Source: Chiloscyllium plagiosum
Taxonomy: Eukaryota
Reading direction: 5' to 3'
NCBI RefSeq assembly: GCF_004010195.1
Contig: NC_057749.1
Location: 8,125,901 to 8,184,200 of the forward strand
Length of the DNA: 58,300 bases
Shown: positions 51,864 through 58,300 of the stretch, piece by piece
Position numbering within the stretch: the stretch's first letter is position 1
Layout: each line of letters begins with the position of its first letter
Made by a program: the position numbers and the translations under genes
The notes under the pieces: model-generated
The model's database searches: none
The model's input: the letters and a program-made list of their open reading frames with translations, nothing else
What the model was told of the DNA's origin: nothing

Positions 51864-52491
51864 TGTTATGGTCCAGACCAAACCCTTTCAAAATATTTTA
51901 GAAGGTAGCCTAGCTACTTAACTTTTACTTATTTTGAAGGCAGATCATAAGCAGCTGTTCCAGATAGGATGCAACTTGTCAAACTACTTGACGTTAAGCA
52001 AAACACAGTTTATTTAAGTACTGTAGTTAAAATACAATCAAAGAAAGAGAAATTTAGAATAACGTAACTACTGGAAAACATAACTGAATAATAGATACAG
52101 TACCTATTACTAATTAACTGTTCCAATATAGTAACATCTTACGAACACATCCCTTGGCAAAAAGGCAAATTCAGACACAGATTCTTGCATGCAATTCTCC
52201 AATCCAGGAGGGAAAACATCAAGAGAAAATTCAGATGAGTAGCAGCCAGGAGACAGTCACTGAAGCTCTGGCTCTTTTGAGACCCCCAAAGACTTCTGCT
52301 CTTAACCTAAACCTAAAAATAAAAAAAAATGAGAAAGCCTGATCTGGGGGAGCTGGCCACACCCAGTCTGCTTCCATTGGTCTAATTTACAAATAACCCC
52401 AAGGCCTCAGAAATCATTTACTTTCTGAGAGACAGTTCCGTGCCTCACTTCAGAAACAAAACCAAGACAAAATAAAGTGATAGTTGTCACA
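51864..52491. mobile_element. Solo LTR, TG...CA, 4-bp TSD GATA
   Basis: TGTTA...TCACA; GATA at 51860-51863 and 52492-52495; homologous to 27836-28453. Confidence 0.85.
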
Positions 52492-54119
52492 GATATGTTG
52501 CGGTCAATTTCCTTATAGAAAGCTCCCATAAGCAACAATGATCAGATAGTCTGCTTTAAAGTGTTGTTTGAGGGAATCTCAATGTTCTATGGTACTGCAA
52601 GTGAACAGATGAGGAGCAAGGGGCTTCAACTCAGAAGTATTATGGTGCCAAATCTGGTATAAGAGTGTAACTGCAGCATGACAGGTTTACATAGACTATT
52701 TCCATTTAAACATATGGATGTAGCAATTGAAGTTAGAAAAGGAACTGACAGAAAGGTGAGAGGCAACAATTACATTTTGTAGACTGAACGATTTCAAATG
52801 GATTGGAGATCATTTCCATTTTTGACATTCGATATATAAAATCCAAATAAACTTAACTTATTCAGTGTTTGCAACAAGATTAAGTGATAATTATTGTCTA
52901 AAATTAGCTGTTAAGTGCCTAGTACAGATTTGAGTATCTGAGCTACCCATTGTGTTTTTGTTTTGCATCAGAACTGCTGTGAAGTGAATCAGATTGCAAC
53001 TAAAAATAAATTACCAAGGTGGCCATTTGAGGTACTTGGTAATGGTCTTGCTTCTGGGTTGAAAGGCAGTTCAGAGTACAGTGGGAATCCTGAGTGAGAG
53101 GATATGCTTATTCTTAGTGCTCAATCAGGTGAATCCTGTGGTACTAATGAGAAATGATCCCAAAGGCACTCCAAACAGCCCCCAAAACTCAATCAAAATG
53201 CTCAAAAATGTTCATTATGTGTGTGTGGGATCTTGCTATGCACAATTTGGCTGATGTGTTCATCTCAACTGCAACAGCTGATGCACTTTAAGATCCAGGC
53301 TGTTCTTTCCTCACAACACATTAGTCAACAGCATCTTCAAACACCGAGTCTCAAACCAAGTTCTTGTTCATTACTGTCCTCATTATTTGTTCAGAGCTAG
53401 AATCTAATCAAAGCAAATATCACACTGTGCTCTTTAAGTGATTATAAAAATATAATTTCACCAAATTAATAATGCACATTCTATTCAGACCTCTCCAGTG
53501 CACCTCATGGAGAAGTGATAATAGTGTAGAAAATAGCATTTACAGTTAAAGGGACAGTTATTTGAGTGTATTAATTCTGCCTGATGGTTTTTAAGACCAG
53601 GTTTAATTAAAATGGAGAGTGAATCATGTAAACATTTATCCTGCAGTGCACATTTGCAACAGTCGTCAGTGGAAGAGTTTATAAAGTGTTGCACAAAAAG
53701 AACCAGCCCAAAACTACCCTATTAGATGTAAACAAAACCATAGCAAAGTTACGAGAAGAAAAGATACCATTCATACTACTGTGTCTGTGCTGGATTGGAA
53801 AAAAGCGAGCTGCCTGTTCTAATCTCACTTTCCAGTCAATAATCTTAATGCCCTTATGAGAAAGTAAACAATAACTTGTGGATGAGAAAACAGAGCAGAA
53901 TGCTTGCCTTTGCTTCAATATGATCAATGGTTTCTCCCTGGATATTCAGTGGTTAAAAGTGATTCAATTTGAAATAGCTGGCCTGTATTGTCCTGTGTCT
54001 ATTCAATTATTGGATAATGTTACTCAGTCAAGTGCCAACCATGGTGTTGCACTCATTGGTGATCAGGCTACATGTTCACAGCAAAACAAAAGAAACCCTA
54101 TTCACTCCTACTTCAGTGT

Positions 54120-54556
54120 GACTTATAAGGAGAGGCTGGATAGGCTGGGACTTTTTTCACTGGGCGTTGGAGGTTGAGAGATTACTTGAGAGAGGTTTAT
54201 AAAATCATGAGGAGTATAGATAAAGTGAGTGGCAGGTGACTTTTCCCTAGGATGGGGGATTTCAAGACTCAGGGGCACATTATTAAAGCAAGAGGGAAAA
54301 GCTTTTAAAAAGGCATGCATGGCAACTATTTTTACACAGAAAGTGGCTCATGTGTGGAATAAACTGCCAGAGAAAGTGATGGATGTGGGTGCAGTTACAA
54401 TGTTTAAAAGACATTTTGATAAGTTTATGAATAGGAAAGGCTGGGATATGGGACAAGATCAAACAGGTGGAACTAGTTTAGTTTGGAATTACAGTCAGCA
54501 TGGACTGGTTGGACTGAAGGGTCTGTTTCCATAGTGGTACGACTCTATGACTCTAT
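54120..54556 (+). mobile_element. CR1 3' end
   Basis: YKERLDRLGLFSL; FTQKVAHVWNKLPEKV; tatgactc tail. Confidence 0.9.
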
Positions 54557-54972
54557 GCCATCGCCAGTACACCACCTCCCTGTCAGCTTAACGATCTAAC
54601 ATCACTATGAACATAACTCCTTACACACATGCTCAGTGGCTATTCTTCAAGTCAAGGTTTGGTTGCACTTTATACACAATTACCTCTTACAGAACATTGA
54701 GGCCTTGAAGGAGGATGTTCAGCCCATCGTGCCAGCTCTTTTAAAGTTCAATCTAATTGGACACACTTGTTTTTTAAGAAAGCTCTAATAGTTATAAGCC
54801 ACTGTCTTTTAATTCTCCACCATTGCATTGCCACGTTGGTAACTGTGACACATTTGGTCAGCTTTTCTGTTGTGATTTATTGATCTTGTATGAATGGGAT
54901 GCCTTATGGACAAATGAGCCACTGTGACAAGTCGTTAGGCACCAGTGTGTAAAAAGGACTAATTGTTAGCGG

Positions 54973-55107
54973 CAAAAACTGAAAGAATTGTGGATGCTGT
55001 AAATCAGAAACAAAAACAGAAATTACTGGAAAAACTCAGCAGGTCTGGCATCATCTGTGGAGAGAAAACAGAGTTAATGTTTCGGGTCGAGTGACCCTTC
55101 CTCAGAA
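54973..55107 (-). mobile_element. PLE-derived element, family B, HHR at ~55074-55107
   Basis: Minus UU-CUGAGGA-A-GGGUC-ACUC-GACCC-GAAA-CA-UU-AA with a perfect stem II; flanks aattgttagcgg / aaatgttagagg. Confidence 0.8.
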
Positions 55108-56006
55108 ATGTTAGAGGTGTTGTACTAATGGAAACATATTTGCCAGACATGATTTTTTCCCACAGAATGCAGCCATCTACATCTTCATGTATGCCGAATG
55201 CAAAGATGCATTTTTAAAATGATGTATGTCATTGTAAGGTACTTGCGTACAATGGTGAAGAATAATTGATCAGGCTCTTTTTCAAGAAGTTGATGGTCCT
55301 TTAAATTGGGCCGACTGCATCTTTCGCACCCCTGACCTTCATCGCTCCACTATCGACTTTTCTTAAATTCTGAAACCTTTCCCTCTATCTTTAACTCTCC
55401 CCACCCCTTTCCAGATGCTGCTTTTTTTGGCCAGTCTTCTAGTCACTTGCTCTAAAAGTTTCTCAAGTTACTCGCTGTCAAATATTGTTTGATAATGCTC
55501 CTGTGAAATATCTTGGGACTCTAAATGGCACTATATAAATTCAAGTTATTGCCAGTCAAACAGAACTTCAAGCCTGGTGTGGAACTCAAATCCAACTGAA
55601 AAATCTCTTCAGTGAAGCTTAAATGTACAAACGTAGACCAGACATCAAACGTACTTTTGAAAAGGAGGTCATGGGGTTAATCTAAATTTCCAGTGTAATT
55701 TTCCAGCAGTGGGAATGTTATAAAAATATGTATTAATGCCAGTCTTCATACAGGTAACAAATTTCTTCATTATGAATATACTTAACCAACTTATTCACAC
55801 GTGCTCCAACACACCTTTGGAGCACGTTGGACTCAAACCCAGGTCTCCTAGATCAAACCCTACCACAACAGCCCCTTAGTCCACCTTAACCTGCTGACTA
55901 TGAGCCAATTTGGGGATCAAAGCAAATCGTAGTTCAGACCGTGTGCGGACCCATGTATAAAATAGGAGGTCTAATGATGTGTAGATTAGACGGATTATCC
56001 ATGTTG

Positions 56007-56132
56007 GGAAGGGTCACCCGAGCCGAAACGTTAACTCTGATTTCTCTCCATAGGTATTGCCAGACCTGCTGAGTTTCTCCAGCAATTTCTGGTTTTGTTT
56101 CTGATTTCCATTATCTGCAGCTCTTTCTATTT
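56007..56132 (+). mobile_element. PLE-derived element, family B, truncated within the HHR
   Basis: ggaagggtcacccgagccgaaacgttaactctg + tail; other single-arm copies at ~90-182, ~850-915, ~9560-9692, ~22020-22115, ~23735-23840, ~24348-24430, ~33481-33587, ~41545-41635, ~48470-48612, ~49920-49997. Confidence 0.75.
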
Positions 56133-56384
56133 TATCCAGTGGATTGCAGTGGCTTAACCCACTGTGGTACTCTGCCAGTAACCATGACCAATGCAATGGG
56201 AGTTAATGGCTCAACCCTCGGAAACAAGGATGAGAAGACTGATGGAAGACTTTAAGTGCCTCTGAGCGCTCTTTCACTGATGAGCAACTGCAAATATAGC
56301 GCAACCAATGTCAAGAGCTGAAAGACACCAGAGGAGATCAATCCAAAGGTAAACTGCTCAGTATTTAAATGCCTGGGCATGTGG

Positions 56385-56743
56385 AATCATAGAGTCATTG
56401 AGTTGCCCAGCATGGAAATAGACCCTTCAGTCCAATCGTCCATGCTGACCAGATATCGTAAACTAATCTAGTCCCATTAGACAGTGATTGGCCCATATCC
56501 TTCTATTCTCTTCCTATTCATATACCCATCCGGATGCCTTTTAAATGTTGTAATTGTATTATCCTCCACCACTTCCTCTGGCAGCTTATACCCCACACAG
56601 CACCTTTTGTGTGAAAAAGTTGGCCCTGAGGTCTCTTTTGATTCTTTTCCCTATTATTTTAAACCCTATGCATTCTAGTGTTGGACACCCCCACCCTGGG
56701 AAAAAAAAACCTTGAGTATTCACCCTATCCATGCCCCTCATGA
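56385..56743 (-). mobile_element. CR1 3' end
   Basis: Reverse complement of the CR1 terminus and 3'UTR. Confidence 0.85.
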
Positions 56744-56767
56744 TGTGGCCAGCAGAGAAAAAGCAGA

Positions 56768-57205
56768 ATGGTGTGTTGTTTCCCTGGTGCCAGGGTCAAG
56801 GATGTCTCAGAGAGGGTGCAGAATGTTCTCACAGGGGAGAGGGGCCAGCAGGAGGTCATTGTCCACATTGGAACTAACGATATAGGAAGGGAAAAGGTTG
56901 AGACTCTGAAGGGAGATTACAAAGAGTTAGGCAGAACTTTAAAAAGGAGGTCCTTAAGGGTAGTAATATCTGGATTACTCCCAGTGCTACGAGCTAGTGA
57001 GGGCAGGAATAGGAGGATAGAGCAGATGACTGCATGGCTCAGGAGCTGGTTTATGGGAGAAGGATTCACATTTTTGGATCATTGAAATCTCTTTTGGGGT
57101 AGAAGTGACCTGTACAAGAGGGACGGATTGCACCTAAATTGGAAGGGAACTAATATATTGGCAGGGAAATTTGCTAGAACTGCTTGGAAGGATTTAAACA
57201 AGTAC
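56768..57205 (+). pseudogene. CR1 ORF1 SGNH esterase domain (premature stop)
   Basis: CFPGARVKDV, VHIGTND, ISGLLP and DGLHLN motifs; TGA at 57083-57085. Confidence 0.85.
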
Positions 57206-57322
57206 GGTGGGGGAGTGGGATCCAGGGAGATAGTGAGGAAAGAGATCGATCTGAGACGGCTACAGCTGAGAACAGAAGTGAGTCAAACAGTCAGGGCATG
57301 CAGGGACAAGGTGGGACTAATA

Positions 57323-58300
57323 AATTAAACTGCATTTATTTCAATGCAAGGGGCCTAACAGGGAAGGCAAATGAACCCAGGGCATGGTTAGGAACATGGG
57401 ACTGGGGTATCATAGCAATTGCAGGAATATGGCTCAGGGATGGGCAGGACTGGCAGCTTAATGTTCCAGGATACAAATGCTACAGGAAGGATAGAAAGGG
57501 ATGCAAGAGAGGAGGGGGAGTGGCATTTTTGATAAGGGATAGCATTACAGCTGTGCTGAGGGAGGATATTTCCCGGAAATACATCCAGGGAAGTTATTTG
57601 GGTGGAACTGAGAAATGAGAAAGGGATGATCACCTTATTGGGATTGTATTATAGACCCCCAATAGTCAAAGGGAAATTGAGAAACAAACTTGTAAAGAGA
57701 TCTCAGCTATCTGTAAGAGTAATAGGGTAGTTATGCCATAGTGTTAAAGGTTGAGATGGAGAGGAATTTCTTAAGTGTGTACAAGGTAACTTTCTGATTC
57801 AGTATGTGGATGTACCTACTGGAGAAGGTGCAAAACTTGACCTACTCTTGGGAAATAAGGCAGAGCAGGTGACTGAGGTGTCAGTGGGGGAGCACTTTGG
57901 GGCCAGCAACCATAATTCTATTCATTTTTAAATAATGATGGACAAGGATAGACCAGATCTATAAGTTGAAGTTCTAAATTGGAGAAAGGCCAATTTTGAC
58001 GGTATTAGGCAAGAACTTTCAAAAGCTGATTGGAGGTAGATGTTCGCAGCTAAAGGGACGGCTGGAAAATGAAAAATGAAAATGGGAAGCCTTCAGAAAT
58101 GAGATAACAAGAATCCAGAGAAAGTATATTCCTGCCAGGGTGAAAGGGAAGGCTGGTAGGTATAGGGAATGCTGGATGACTAAAGAAATTGAGGGTTTGG
58201 TTAAGAAAAAGAAGGAAGCATATGTAAGGTATAGACAGGATAGATCGAGTGAATCCTTAGAAGAGTATAAAGGAAGTAGGAGTATACTTAAGAGGGAAAT
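57323..58300 (+). pseudogene. CR1 ORF2 APE-like endonuclease (frameshifts and stops)
   Basis: CIYFNARGL, PGYKCYRKDR...GGGVAFLI, LYYRPPNS, LDLLLGN motifs across broken frames. Confidence 0.85.

Larger units (their letters stand above)
56744..58300 (+). mobile_element. CR1 LINE, 5'-truncated in ORF1, running off the window
   Basis: Esterase ORF1 followed by APE ORF2. Confidence 0.9.

Overview
Repeat-rich vertebrate genomic DNA, most likely from a shark or other cartilaginous fish. This is inferred from HE1-type tRNA SINEs, SacSINE1/DeuSINE-like SINEs and abundant CR1 LINE 3' ends. I find no recognisable host protein-coding exon; the ORF track is mostly noise or decayed transposon sequence, so the window looks like a large intron or gene desert. 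It contains many CR1 fragments (one with esterase ORF1 and APE ORF2 at the right edge), Rex1/Babar, RTE-like and a second CR1/L2-like LINE, several SINE families, two solo LTRs with 4-bp TSDs, a decayed Gypsy protease, a decayed Myb/SANT (Harbinger-like) fragment and several candidate conserved non-coding elements. The most striking signal is a dense population of short, often palindromic Penelope-like (PLE) insertions. They fall into at least four families with dissimilar sequences, and each carries a minimal type I hammerhead ribozyme core (CUGANGA-stem II-GAAA-NN-UH). They share one architecture: head-to-head arms, a ~30-36-nt tail on one arm only, and ~9-13-bp target-site duplications. Also notable are a ~900-bp SINE-minisatellite hairpin and a 149-bp inverted templated insertion. 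Coordinates were read by eye, and repeat boundaries are approximate.
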